42,766 bases of DNA from Candidatus Diapherotrites archaeon CG08_land_8_20_14_0_20_34_12 (GTDB lineage Archaea; Iainarchaeota; Iainarchaeia; Iainarchaeales; 0-14-0-20-34-12). The notes under the pieces were generated by a model. The model saw only the letters and a program-made list of their open reading frames with translations, was not told the DNA's origin and made no database searches. This document shows, piece by piece, positions 9,516 through 19,814 of this stretch (within the stretch, counting starts at the first letter, position 1; each line of letters begins with the position of its first letter). Location of the stretch: the NCBI GenBank assembly GCA_002779065.1, contig PEXL01000017.1, forward strand, positions 1 through 42,766, given 5' to 3'. Position numbers and translations under genes: made by a program.

Positions 9516-10023
9516 TCAAAATGGCCAGATATTCAGTATTGATGCCCTTGTTGCCTTAATAATTGCCACTTTAGTATTAGGGATTACCCTACAAGTGATG
9601 GAATCACAAAGCTATAACCTTAAACAAGAACAGGTATTTAATGAAATAAAAACAATCGGGCATAATGCTGCTAATTTGATTGTATCACTCCCTGAAAGCA
9701 CTTGTGATTTAATGGCAGAAGATGGCATTACTAAACTAATTAATTTAAATAATTGCATTGATTCCCAAAAATTATCTGCATTAACCAAAGATTCTTTGGG
9801 AATACCTACTGGATATAGTTGTAAAATAGGCAATCAAACTAATAATATGGCTACGTGTAATGATGATCCAAGTACGGCAACAAATGTTTATTCTGAAAAA
9901 AGGATTGTTCTAATGCATGCTGGAAATGTAACAAAGAATAATTTCAATGCTTGCTTTAATGGATTGCCTACTTGCGCTTTAAAAAATGAAAAAAATTGGA
10001 TAGAGGTAAAGCTATGGAAATGA
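9493..10023 (+). CDS. Archaeal type IV pilin-like protein
   Basis: MLRFKRYNQNGQIFSIDALVALIIATLVLG. Overlaps the upstream gene. Confidence 0.6.
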   Translation: MLRFKRYNQNGQIFSIDALVALIIATLVLGITLQVMESQSYNLKQEQVFNEIKTIGHNAANLIVSLPESTCDLMAEDGITKLINLNNCIDSQKLSALTKDSLGIPTGYSCKIGNQTNNMATCNDDPSTATNVYSEKRIVLMHAGNVTKNNFNACFNGLPTCALKNEKNWIEVKLWK

Positions 10024-10286
10024 GAGGCGTAATATTCAGCATGGATGCTATTGTTGCAGTCTCCGCAATATTAGTATTGCTGGGAACTTGGGCTTATGTT
10101 AGCAATGTAAATGATAAACATACGCTAAAATTTGCAGACTTAAATTCAAACGATGCCTCAACCATTGGATTATATTTGAATGAAAATGGATACGGTACGA
10201 GCGCAAAAGAATTTGCGTGCAATAGCTATGTGAAATATTCTGAGGCAGCTTTTACAAAAAAAGAATTCTGTGAGGGTTTAAAATGA
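10014..10286 (+). CDS. Archaeal type IV pilin-like protein (short)
   Basis: MEMRGVIFSMDAIVAVSAILVLLG. Overlapping operon member. Confidence 0.5.
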   Translation: MEMRGVIFSMDAIVAVSAILVLLGTWAYVSNVNDKHTLKFADLNSNDASTIGLYLNENGYGTSAKEFACNSYVKYSEAAFTKKEFCEGLK

Positions 10287-10762
10287 ACTGCAAAGGATTA
10301 TACTCCGGAGTATTTGGGCTTATGGCAATATTAGTCGCAAGTTTACTTTTAACAACCACATATTCTTCAATTAAAACAAATCCAAATCAGAGCATTAGTG
10401 ACGAAATGCTTAAGGTGAAAAAAGCTTGGCAGAATATTTACCTTTCTGCTGACTCCATAAGCACTTCTGAATTCGGAAAAATAGCAACTGATGTTTGCCC
10501 TATTGGGAACGGTGCTTTATTACAGACTACTTTAACCCCTTTATTTACTCAGCTTGTTACTGAGATAAACAAAGGTAATGTACTATGTTCTAATCCTATA
10601 ATTTCCAATATATCAATAGCACAGCAAGGTTCTAACTGTAATTTATCTTTTAACCTTAAGATTTATTGCAAAAAGGAAAATAAGAAGGACAATAAAGTAA
10701 CAACAATGGTTGATTATGATAAAACAGCGGCAATAATGAGTACAAAAATATTACAACCTTGA
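10283..10762 (+). CDS. Pilin-like or secreted protein
   Basis: MNCKGLYSGVFGLMAILVASLLL N-terminus. Overlaps the upstream gene by 4 nt. Confidence 0.45.
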   Translation: MNCKGLYSGVFGLMAILVASLLLTTTYSSIKTNPNQSISDEMLKVKKAWQNIYLSADSISTSEFGKIATDVCPIGNGALLQTTLTPLFTQLVTEINKGNVLCSNPIISNISIAQQGSNCNLSFNLKIYCKKENKKDNKVTTMVDYDKTAAIMSTKILQP

Positions 10763-11587
10763 TCAAACTAATTTCTCCAAAATTTTAGAAATGCCAGAAT
10801 CATACTGGATTGCTTTTTTTCTTTCTAAAGATATTTCTTTTGGCAAACCTAAACTAACTGAAAGTTTTCTAAGAATCCTTTTTCTTAAAAAATCTTCTTT
10901 TGATTTCACATTTTGTTTAGCATCAAAGGCTAATGCTTGAATAATGAATTCCTTTTCCAAATAAGGCGCTTTTAATTCGAGATGAAAATATTTTGCAAGA
11001 GCGAAATCTCTCTTCAAGTTATCCCCCCATAAATTCAGGAGTTTATTCCATCGCAGATCATCAAGATAGGAATAATTTTTGCCAGATTCAAGTGCTCTCC
11101 TAAATTCGTCATAACCAAAAAAGAGTTCGTCTGCCCCCTGACCGCAAAAAACTGTGTTAAATCCAGAATCTTTAACTTCATTAAGTGCAAAATAAATCGG
11201 GGTTGCAATACTTAACTGTAATTTATTATCTGTTTTTATGATTTTTTCAATTTTAGCAACTTCTTTTCCAATTTCTTCAGCAGATAATATTTTAATATGC
11301 AAATCCAAATGCATGAGTTTAGCATATTTTTTAGCTCTTTCAACTGCTGCACTTTTTTCAGTTCCAACAGTAAAAAGCTTTATTTTTACTTTTTCAGAAA
11401 CAAGCTTTGCAATAAGGCTTGAATCAATGCCGCCAGAAAATAAAACTGCTGCTTTTTTCAAATCCTTTGTTTCACAAAAAATGGATTGCAAAAGTGCTTC
11501 TTTAAGTTCCTTTAAGCTTGATTTCACAGGAATAGCTGGTTTAAGGCCGGTTATGCTGCTTTTTCTAAAAATATCGCCTTTTTGCAT
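10763..11587 (-). CDS. PP-loop ATP pyrophosphatase, asparagine synthetase C-terminal-domain-like (no glutaminase domain)
   Basis: SGGIDSS PP-loop and CGQGADELFFGY. Confidence 0.7.
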   Translation of the reverse strand: MQKGDIFRKSSITGLKPAIPVKSSLKELKEALLQSIFCETKDLKKAAVLFSGGIDSSLIAKLVSEKVKIKLFTVGTEKSAAVERAKKYAKLMHLDLHIKILSAEEIGKEVAKIEKIIKTDNKLQLSIATPIYFALNEVKDSGFNTVFCGQGADELFFGYDEFRRALESGKNYSYLDDLRWNKLLNLWGDNLKRDFALAKYFHLELKAPYLEKEFIIQALAFDAKQNVKSKEDFLRKRILRKLSVSLGLPKEISLERKKAIQYDSGISKILEKLV

Positions 11588-11642
11588 ACTTAAAAATGCA
11601 GTAAAATATTAATAAAGAATTGGCTTCAATCTTAGGGATATT

Positions 11643-13094
11643 ATGAACATTACAAAAAACCATTATTTGATTATTGGGCTTATTGTGATTATTTTTGCCG
11701 GTGTTTTTTTAATTACCGGGATCAAACCGGCCCAAGAAGAAAAAAGCAATGTTCAGTACTATGCTTTTAGTGAAGCTGAACCGGATTTGAAAACTGCTTC
11801 TTTTGATGATGCAGTTAGCGCAAATCTGCAATTAACTCTGTATAATCAGGGCTTTGGTTTGATTAAAGAAGCAAAAACCTTTGATTTGAAGCAGGGGGCA
11901 AACCTTGTTGATTATGAAAATGTTGCTGATACAATTGAGTCAGACACTTTATTATATGAAGACAAGGAAGGAAAAACAAAATTAGAAGAATTTACCTACA
12001 ATTATGATACTGCAAATAATTCTGCATTACTGCAGAAAAGCCTAGATAAAACAATAAAAGTAGAAACTAAGCAAGGAAAAGGATTTGAAGGAAAATTACT
12101 TTCTTATGGGGATTCAATTTTATTGGAAACTGCAAGCGGAATTGTTTCAGTATTAAATGCCGAAATTGAAAATATAAATTTCGGTCAGATTTCTGATTTA
12201 AAAACAAAACCAACCATTAAAATGAAGGTATGGGCAGATGCTGAAGGGCAGGCAATTGCTAATTTAGCATATATGGCTACAGGATTAGGTTGGGAAACTA
12301 AATATGTGAGTAAATTATCAGATGAGACAGATAAAATAACCTTAGATGGCTGGGTTTTAATGAAAAATAATTCTGGCAAAAACTATGATAATGCAAAAGT
12401 AAAGTTAGTTGCAGGGGAAGTAAACAAAGCACAGAATTACTATGCTTATGATACAATGTCTAAATCTGCAGCAATGCCTGAAGCAGCCAGTTATGGGGCA
12501 GGAATAAGCGAACAAGCAGTATTTGAATACCATCTTTATTCTTTGAAAAATTTAGTTACAATAATGAATAAAGAAGAAAAAGAATTCAGCATGCTTGTTA
12601 GCAAGGATATACCAATAATTAGGGAATATATAGTAAATAACTATTCAGATAAAGTAAATGCAATAATAAAATTCAAGAATTCTGAGGAAAGCAATCTCGG
12701 GGTTCCTTTGCCAGCAGGAACAATAAAGTTCTATAAAGAAGATAGCGAAGGAAGCATACAATTTATTGGTGAAGACAGCATTACCCACACACCAAAAGAT
12801 AAAGAAGTTGAATTATCAATCGGAACTGTTTTTGATATAACCGCAGATAGTAAAGAAACAAAAACAGAAAAGGTCGGACAAAGTTGTGAGAAAAACTATT
12901 ATGAAACAAAGATTTTGAACAGTAAAGATAATCATGTAACTATTTATGTGAAACAAAGCACATATGGTGATTCAAAGGTAACAGAATCAAGCCATACATA
13001 TGAGCAGGAAGACTCGCAGACATTAAAATTTACTGTTCCAGTAAAAGCAGGCAAGGAAGAGAAGTTAACATATGCAATATTAAGATGTTGGTAA
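11643..13094 (+). CDS. Membrane-anchored extracellular protein, possibly DUF4139-like
   Basis: N-terminal TM helix followed by a 450-aa beta-rich-looking region. The family name is recalled only weakly. Confidence 0.4.
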   Translation: MNITKNHYLIIGLIVIIFAGVFLITGIKPAQEEKSNVQYYAFSEAEPDLKTASFDDAVSANLQLTLYNQGFGLIKEAKTFDLKQGANLVDYENVADTIESDTLLYEDKEGKTKLEEFTYNYDTANNSALLQKSLDKTIKVETKQGKGFEGKLLSYGDSILLETASGIVSVLNAEIENINFGQISDLKTKPTIKMKVWADAEGQAIANLAYMATGLGWETKYVSKLSDETDKITLDGWVLMKNNSGKNYDNAKVKLVAGEVNKAQNYYAYDTMSKSAAMPEAASYGAGISEQAVFEYHLYSLKNLVTIMNKEEKEFSMLVSKDIPIIREYIVNNYSDKVNAIIKFKNSEESNLGVPLPAGTIKFYKEDSEGSIQFIGEDSITHTPKDKEVELSIGTVFDITADSKETKTEKVGQSCEKNYYETKILNSKDNHVTIYVKQSTYGDSKVTESSHTYEQEDSQTLKFTVPVKAGKEEKLTYAILRCW

Positions 13095-13110
13095 TCCAAC
13101 ATCTTTTTTC
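13083..13110 (+). terminator. Hairpin plus T6 terminator overlapping the stop codon of the upstream gene
   Basis: AGATGTTGG-taat-CCAACATCT followed by TTTTTT. Confidence 0.5.
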
Positions 13111-13166
13111 TATTTTTTTATTCTAACTAATATAGTGCTTGATTTTAATTAATCAGCACATAAAAA

Positions 13167-14960
13167 TTAGTCTGAATCTGCTGAAATATAATAATATTCC
13201 CCTTTTTTCTTCTGTTCCTGATCCTTTACTGAATCAAGTTTATTTACCCTTGGCCGACCTGATTGAGGATCTCTCCTATAAGTAATGCTTAAGTCTTTTA
13301 GGAATAAGTTCATTCCTTCTCTCATTTCTTTAGGTTCAGAAGCAAAGCATGATTCTGCCGGCTTGCCTGAAAATATAATCAAGCGGTCCGCCAGATAATC
13401 CATAAAAACAATATCGTGGTCAACAACAATACATGATCTTTGGGTAGCGGAAACAATAGAACGGATTGCATCAGCTACTTGCAACCTATCTTCAATATCA
13501 ATAAATGCAGAAGGCTCATCTAAAAGAATTAAATTGGAATCTCTGCATAAAGCAAGAGAAATTGCGACCTTTTGCAGTTCCCCTCCGCTTAATTTATCTA
13601 ATTTTTTCTCAAACAAGCGCTCAAGGTTAAATCTTCTGTTTATTTCATTCCTAAATAATTCATTGTCAATATTTGCACTAGTTAATAGATCCTGAACAGT
13701 TACCCCTTTTTCTGGTTTAAGGTACTGTGGTTTATATGCAATCTTAAACCTAAAATTTAATTCGGATTCAGCATTATCTGGTTTTAATAAGCCTGCAAGC
13801 ATTTTTACAAACGTTGTTTTACCTGTAGCATTTGGCCCTAAAATTCCTAAAATCTCCTGCTTTCTAATTATTCCGCTTTGTGCTTTCAAACTAAATTGGG
13901 AATATTTCTTTTCCAATTCAGGGTATTCCAACAAAATATCTTTTGAAACCGCGCGGTATGCAGCACCCATATTGAAAGAAAGAGATTTATCCCTAATCCG
14001 AATATTTTCAGTTTTCAAAAAACCATCCAGATACTCATTTATTCCATTTCTTACACTCCTTGTATCTGAAACAACACCGTATGCTGCCTGCTCACCAAAT
14101 AAGATATGAATATAATCACTCAAATAATCTAAAACAGCTAAATCATGCTCAACAACCATAATTGAAGAATCCTTTGCAAGCTCTCTTATTAAATTAGCTG
14201 CTTTCAATCTTTGCTTTACATCTAAATAACTTGTAGGTTCATCAAAGAAATAGAAGTCTGCTTTTTTCAAGAAAGTAGCAGCTATTGCTATTCTCTGTAA
14301 TTCTCCGCCTGAAACCTGGGTAATATCATTTTCCAATATGTTCGAAATATCTAATTTTTCTGCTACTTCGCTTAATCTTTTTTTCTCATCTGCTTTTTTT
14401 AGTAAATCAATTACCTTTCCTTTTGCCTTTTCCGGTATTTTATCTATTGCTTGCGGCTTTAATACTGTTTTTACATTTCCTAAACTTAAGACTTCAAAAA
14501 AGCCTTGCAATTCCTTGCCTCTAAAATGCTTTATTATCTTTTCATGGGTTGTTTTTTCATCAAAATTCGCAAAATTTGGAAGGATTTTTCCTGAGAGAAT
14601 GGAAAGCGCTGTACTTTTTCCAATTCCATTCCTTCCAATTAAGCCAACAACAGAACCTTTTTTTGGATTTGGCAAACCGTACAAACGGAAAGAATTTCTT
14701 GCATATTCGTGAATAGGGTCTTCAAGCTTTGCAGTAAGATTAATGATTGTTATTGCTTTGAATGGGCAAATGTGCGAACATATCTTGCAGCCAATACATA
14801 ATATTTCTGAGATTAGTGGTTTTCCTCTTTCCGGATCTTTAATTATGCATTCTTTTTTCTGCCTATTCACCGGGCAGGCAGAAATGCAAGCATAGTTACA
14901 TTTCTCAGGCTGGCATAACTCGTAGTCAATAACTGCTATTTTTATCTGTCTTGGCTCCAT
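13167..14960 (-). CDS. abcE1: ABCE1 (RNase L inhibitor homologue), ribosome-recycling ATPase
   Basis: MEPRQIKIAV..., two 4Fe-4S clusters (CQPEKCNYACISACP, CIGCKICSHICP), two Walker A motifs (GRNGIGKST, GPNATGKTT) and two LSGGELQ signatures. The upstream 91 codons of the track ORF are rejected. Confidence 0.9.
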   Translation of the reverse strand: MEPRQIKIAVIDYELCQPEKCNYACISACPVNRQKKECIIKDPERGKPLISEILCIGCKICSHICPFKAITIINLTAKLEDPIHEYARNSFRLYGLPNPKKGSVVGLIGRNGIGKSTALSILSGKILPNFANFDEKTTHEKIIKHFRGKELQGFFEVLSLGNVKTVLKPQAIDKIPEKAKGKVIDLLKKADEKKRLSEVAEKLDISNILENDITQVSGGELQRIAIAATFLKKADFYFFDEPTSYLDVKQRLKAANLIRELAKDSSIMVVEHDLAVLDYLSDYIHILFGEQAAYGVVSDTRSVRNGINEYLDGFLKTENIRIRDKSLSFNMGAAYRAVSKDILLEYPELEKKYSQFSLKAQSGIIRKQEILGILGPNATGKTTFVKMLAGLLKPDNAESELNFRFKIAYKPQYLKPEKGVTVQDLLTSANIDNELFRNEINRRFNLERLFEKKLDKLSGGELQKVAISLALCRDSNLILLDEPSAFIDIEDRLQVADAIRSIVSATQRSCIVVDHDIVFMDYLADRLIIFSGKPAESCFASEPKEMREGMNLFLKDLSITYRRDPQSGRPRVNKLDSVKDQEQKKKGEYYYISADSD

Positions 14961-15018
14961 ATAGTAGAGAAGTATTGAATACTTTATATATTTATTTAGT
15001 TCACACAAAAGAATAACT

Positions 15019-16056
15019 ATGAGAATATTAAAAATTGATGAATCCCATGGTTTTCTCGAGGTAATTCCTGAGACATTAGATGACCTATGGCATCTTGAGC
15101 GAATAATTGATGCCAAGGATGTTATTTCTGCAAAAACGACCAGGAAAATCAAGGGAGAGGAAGGAAAGGATACTGAAAGAATTACAATGTACTTAGACTT
15201 GGAAGTAGAAAAATCTTCTTTTGAAAAATTCAATGAAGCCTTAAAGGTTCAGGGCATAATTATTGGCGGGAAACCTGAGGAATATATTGAATTAAAAAGC
15301 CATCATTCGATTTCAATTGGTTTAGGCGATATTGTCAAAATTCACAAAAAAACAATAAAAAAATATCAAATTGAAAGATTAGAAAAGGCACAAAAAGCAA
15401 CACACGCACAAAAATTATTGGCTGTATGTTTAGATGATGATTTTGCCGAGTTTTTTGTAATAAAAGAATTTGGAATAGATAGGAAAGGTGTAATAAATTC
15501 CGGAAAAAGCGGCAAAAGATTTGAGGAGGAAGATTGGCGGAAAGGGTATTTTGCAGAGATAGCAAAAAAACTAATTGAATCAAATCAAAATAATGTTTTA
15601 ATTGCGGGCCCTGGATTTACTAAAGATGATTTGTATAAATATCTGCAGGACAAGAAACTAAAATCAAAGATTTTTATTGAATCTTGCGGAAATGCCGGTT
15701 CGGCGGGATTAAATGAATTATTAAAATCAAACAAATTGCAAAAAGCGATAAAAGAAAATGAAATAATTAAAGAAGCGCAGCTTATGGAAAGGGTTTTACT
15801 TGAACTCGGTAAAAATTCTGGATTAGTTGTTTATGGTGAAAGCGAGATTGAAAATGCACTAAATGCAAGAGCGATAGAAGAATTGCTTTTACTTGATTCT
15901 TTGTTGGTTGATAAGAGAAACCTTGCTGAAAGAATTTTAGATTTGGCTGAAAAACAAAGGGCAAAAGTGCATATCTTTAGCAATGAAAATGATGCCGGCA
16001 AAAAACTTGAAGGCTTTGGCGGAATAATTGCTATTTTAAGATATAAAATGTACTAG
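15019..16056 (+). CDS. pelA: Pelota/Dom34 mRNA surveillance protein
   Basis: N-terminus MRILKIDESHGFLEVIPETLDDLWHLERII and an eRF1-like C-terminal half. Confidence 0.85.
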   Translation: MRILKIDESHGFLEVIPETLDDLWHLERIIDAKDVISAKTTRKIKGEEGKDTERITMYLDLEVEKSSFEKFNEALKVQGIIIGGKPEEYIELKSHHSISIGLGDIVKIHKKTIKKYQIERLEKAQKATHAQKLLAVCLDDDFAEFFVIKEFGIDRKGVINSGKSGKRFEEEDWRKGYFAEIAKKLIESNQNNVLIAGPGFTKDDLYKYLQDKKLKSKIFIESCGNAGSAGLNELLKSNKLQKAIKENEIIKEAQLMERVLLELGKNSGLVVYGESEIENALNARAIEELLLLDSLLVDKRNLAERILDLAEKQRAKVHIFSNENDAGKKLEGFGGIIAILRYKMY

Positions 16057-16128
16057 CCAGAATGTGAGCAGTATATTTAAATAATCTTTATATTCAAAAT
16101 CTATTATATCCTTTCGGGTGCTATTTTT

Positions 16129-17685
16129 ATGGATGCTGAACATAAGTGCGGAATTGCTGCAGTAAATATTTCTGATTCTTTGAAAAATCATCCATTAGGT
16201 GGTGCTTCTTACTATCTGCACAAATTGCTTCTGCAACAGCAGAACCGCGGCCAGTTAAGTGCTGGAATTACTACTTATAACGGCAACAGGCCTGAACTTC
16301 TTTATACCTACAAGGAGCTTGGTTCAGTAAATAAAGTATTCAGGATGCATCATAAGACCAAATATGAAAACATAATGAGAAAATACAATGGCTTAATGGG
16401 CATAGGGCACATAAGATATGCTACCTGCGGAGCTGATGATTTTAAAAATGTGCAGCCATTTGAAAAACTGCATGGCAGAAAATGGAAATGGTTTTCATTT
16501 GCATTTAATGGGAATATTGCAAATTTCCCTGAATTAAAGAAAGAATTAAAAGACAAGGGATATCATCTAATGATGGGTTCAGATACTGAAGCATTAATGC
16601 ATTATATGGCCAAGGGATTGGCTGGGGACAAAAAGGTTGAGATAGAAGATGTATTCTCAGGCCTAGCAGACAAACTTGATGGGGCATATTCAATAGCCCA
16701 CCTAAATGCCGAGGGCGAACTTTCATTAATAAGGGATCCTTGGGGATTCAGGCCTTTGGTATATGGTAAAACTAATGGGTTGTTTTGTGCTGCCAGTGAA
16801 AGTGCAGCCTTAACGAATCTTGACATTAATACATTTGAATCATTGGAGCCTGGGCATATCCTAAAAATAAAGGATGGAAAAATCGAGAAAAAAAGATTTT
16901 CAGAAAACAAAAGAAAAGCACACTGCATGTTTGAATGGGTTTACTTTGCAAATGTTTCTTCGGTAATTGATGATGTTTCAGTATATGATATTCGCTATAA
17001 TTTAGGGGGATTGCTTGCAAAAAAGGAAACAGAAAAATTGGACAAGGATTGTGTTGTTGTTCCTGTCCCTGATACGGCAAAGCCTGCTGCTGATGGATTT
17101 GCAATTGAATTAGGATTGACAATCAAGGAAGGATTAATAAGAAACAGGTATGTTGGAAGGACATTTATTGAAGGAACTGACAGGGCAGAAAGGGTAAAGG
17201 ATAAATTTACACTTAACAGAACAGTTCTTGAAGGCAAAAAGATATTCCTTATAGAGGATAGTATTGTAAGAGGCACTACCTGCAAAACCTTAATCCAGTA
17301 CTTAAAAGAAAAAGGTGGGGCAAAGGAAGTGCACATCAGGGTTTCTGCACCAATAATATTCTTCCCGTGCTTTTATGGAATCGATATGAGCACAATGGAT
17401 GAATTGATTGCAAACCGGTTACTTTCTGGGAAGGATATCATAAATCGCATGGAAAATGCCCCTATGGAAGAATATGATGAAAAAACGGTTGAGAAAATAA
17501 GAAAAGAATTGAAAGCTGACTCTTTAATTTATCAAACTGTTGATGATTTAATAAAAGCCATTGGAAAACCCAAAAAGGATTTATGTACTGCCTGCCTTAC
17601 TGGGGATTATCCAACTGAATATGGCAAGGTTCTTGTAAAAAAAGCCCTTCAGGAAAGGGGCTGTAAAATAAGGACTTACGAGTAA
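16129..17685 (+). CDS. purF: Amidophosphoribosyltransferase
   Basis: Ntn cysteine (CGIAAV) and PRTase motif IFLIEDSIVRGTT, plus PVPDTAKPAA. Confidence 0.85.
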   Translation: MDAEHKCGIAAVNISDSLKNHPLGGASYYLHKLLLQQQNRGQLSAGITTYNGNRPELLYTYKELGSVNKVFRMHHKTKYENIMRKYNGLMGIGHIRYATCGADDFKNVQPFEKLHGRKWKWFSFAFNGNIANFPELKKELKDKGYHLMMGSDTEALMHYMAKGLAGDKKVEIEDVFSGLADKLDGAYSIAHLNAEGELSLIRDPWGFRPLVYGKTNGLFCAASESAALTNLDINTFESLEPGHILKIKDGKIEKKRFSENKRKAHCMFEWVYFANVSSVIDDVSVYDIRYNLGGLLAKKETEKLDKDCVVVPVPDTAKPAADGFAIELGLTIKEGLIRNRYVGRTFIEGTDRAERVKDKFTLNRTVLEGKKIFLIEDSIVRGTTCKTLIQYLKEKGGAKEVHIRVSAPIIFFPCFYGIDMSTMDELIANRLLSGKDIINRMENAPMEEYDEKTVEKIRKELKADSLIYQTVDDLIKAIGKPKKDLCTACLTGDYPTEYGKVLVKKALQERGCKIRTYE

Positions 17686-17738
17686 CTAATTAATAATTAA
17701 AAAAATTAATTACCTGGTTCAACAGAACTACTTTACTT

Positions 17739-18083
17739 TTAGTAATATTTGGTTCCGTCACCAGTAAGGATCACTAATTTATAATTACTGCCTTTTTCTT
17801 TTATTGCAGCCATTAATGCTGTGTGTTCCTTTCCTATTCCAGAAATCAGAGAGATTATTAACTCTCCATTAGGTAATTTTTCCTTTATTATGTTCTTCAA
17901 AACTTCAAAACCAGTTCTTGCATTGATTAAGACCCAGTCACATTGCTTTGATGGAGCAAAGTGTTCTTTACCAAAATCATTGCTAATAAGCAAGATATTG
18001 TCAAAAGACTCTTCCTGTATCAAACGGGCTATGTGCCCCCACGTTCCTCGGCCTTTACCAAGAATTGCAACAAAACTTGCCAT
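17739..18083 (-). CDS. Hypothetical protein (114 aa)
   Basis: Clean ORF in an intergenic-sized slot. No motif recognised. Confidence 0.4.
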   Translation of the reverse strand: MASFVAILGKGRGTWGHIARLIQEESFDNILLISNDFGKEHFAPSKQCDWVLINARTGFEVLKNIIKEKLPNGELIISLISGIGKEHTALMAAIKEKGSNYKLVILTGDGTKYY

Positions 18084-18164
18084 TTTGTTCCTCCTTTAAC
18101 TTATATATAATAAAATTAAGCTATATATTATAATATAAATATACAAGATTACGGCTAATTTATC

Positions 18165-19763
18165 TTAAATCAGGCTTTTTGCCATATAAGGCCCTTCTTT
18201 GTGGTATTTATGGTATTTTGAATAATATTGCTTAACCCCTAAACCAGATATAACAACCATTTTTTTACGGTCAAATACATTTAAGGCTAAGTGTTCTGCT
18301 TCTTTAATTAAGGCAGATCCCAAACCCCTGTGCTGTACTGCTTCATCCTTGGATATGCCCAAGGGAACAGATTCGCCAAACACCCTTAATTCTCTAATAA
18401 TTGCTGCTTTATCTTTAATTTCTTTTCTAAAAGAGTTCTCCGGAATCCTTAATCTGCAAAAACCATATAGTGAATCATTTTTGTCATATGAAATAAATAA
18501 GTCAGTTCCTTTGCTTGCTTCATACATATTAACATTTAATTTCAGGTTATCTAAACCAAATTTACTCAAATCAATTTTATCATTTGCTAGCTGCAATCCT
18601 ATTTCCCTACAGCGTATGCATGAGCATTTTTTGTTTTTGCGTTTTAATTTTTCATGCACAATTTGTCTCAAATTTCCTGCTTTTACTCCGGCAACAATTA
18701 AATCTGCTGGAATGTCCCTTTGAATTCTCATAATTCTAACATATTTTGGCAAAATGCTTTTTACATTAGCAATCATATCTGCTGCTTTTTCAGTATCCAG
18801 TGGTTTGTATTTTCCTTCCTTATATAATTTGTATAATTTTGAGCTTTTTACAACCAAACAAGGATAAATCTTCAGCATATCCGGCCTGAAATCAGGGTTA
18901 GAAAACATTTCTTCAAAGGAATTATAATCGTCTTGCAATTTTGTGAATGGCAAACCAGGCATTGTATGATAAGTAACTTTAAAGCCTGCATCTTTCAAAT
19001 TTCGTGTTGCTTCAATTACCTCTTCAACTGTGTGCCCTCTATTTATTTTTTTATAAATTTCATTGTTTAATATCTGCACACCTATTTCACAATGAGTTCC
19101 TGCTAACTCAAGCATGCGATCCACTTCTTTTTTTGTGCAATAATCTGGCCTTGTTTCATAGGTAATGCCAATAACCCTTCTCTTTGAGGTTTCAGCCATC
19201 TTTTTTGCTGTCTCAAATGACTTGCAATTCTTTTCAGTAACTGCATTCAATGCTTTTCTTACAAAATCTGTTTGATAGGGCCTATCGGTGGATAAAAAAG
19301 TGCCTCCCATCACGATAAGCTGAATCTTTTCAGCACTATGGCCTATTAATTCAAGCTGTTCGATTCTATTTTTGGCTTGTAAATAAGCATCAAAGTTATT
19401 CTGCAATGCACGCATGGTTGCTGGTTCTCTCCCGGTATAACTTTTTGGGGTTTCTGAATCAACCATTGAAGTAGGGCAATATAAACAGTTACCTGGGCAT
19501 TTATGGGGTTTTACCATTACTGCCACAGAAACAATACCTGAGCTAGACCTTGTTTTCTTTTTTGTGAGTAAGGTGTGGGCTTTTTTTGATGGATTTTTAA
19601 TGGATGAAAGAATATCCCCGTTTGTTGGAAGTTCGGATATTGAAAATTCACTTGCCAAATTTAATTTAACTTTTTGAAGCTCCGCTATATCTTTAATTTT
19701 ATCTTTGTCTATAAGGTCTGCTATTTTTTTAGAATATTCTTTCAAATTAATATTTTTTTTCAT
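18165..19763 (-). CDS. elp3: Elp3-type tRNA U34 modification enzyme (radical SAM plus GNAT)
   Basis: CPGNCLYCP radical-SAM cluster motif and C-terminal GNAT motif QHRGLGSALI. Confidence 0.85.
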   Translation of the reverse strand: MKKNINLKEYSKKIADLIDKDKIKDIAELQKVKLNLASEFSISELPTNGDILSSIKNPSKKAHTLLTKKKTRSSSGIVSVAVMVKPHKCPGNCLYCPTSMVDSETPKSYTGREPATMRALQNNFDAYLQAKNRIEQLELIGHSAEKIQLIVMGGTFLSTDRPYQTDFVRKALNAVTEKNCKSFETAKKMAETSKRRVIGITYETRPDYCTKKEVDRMLELAGTHCEIGVQILNNEIYKKINRGHTVEEVIEATRNLKDAGFKVTYHTMPGLPFTKLQDDYNSFEEMFSNPDFRPDMLKIYPCLVVKSSKLYKLYKEGKYKPLDTEKAADMIANVKSILPKYVRIMRIQRDIPADLIVAGVKAGNLRQIVHEKLKRKNKKCSCIRCREIGLQLANDKIDLSKFGLDNLKLNVNMYEASKGTDLFISYDKNDSLYGFCRLRIPENSFRKEIKDKAAIIRELRVFGESVPLGISKDEAVQHRGLGSALIKEAEHLALNVFDRKKMVVISGLGVKQYYSKYHKYHKEGPYMAKSLI

Positions 19764-19814
19764 GGCAAGCGTGCCTCAATAATTAGAAAATAAATGAGTG
19801 CTTTTTACACTCAT

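Noticed and set aside
14961-15233. N-terminal 91-codon extension of the ABCE1 ORF in the track (13167-15233)
   Set aside because: The extension overlaps the pelota start and has a low-complexity hydrophobic sequence. The canonical ABCE1 N-terminus (MEPRQIKIAV plus the Fe-S domain) begins at the in-frame ATG at 14960.
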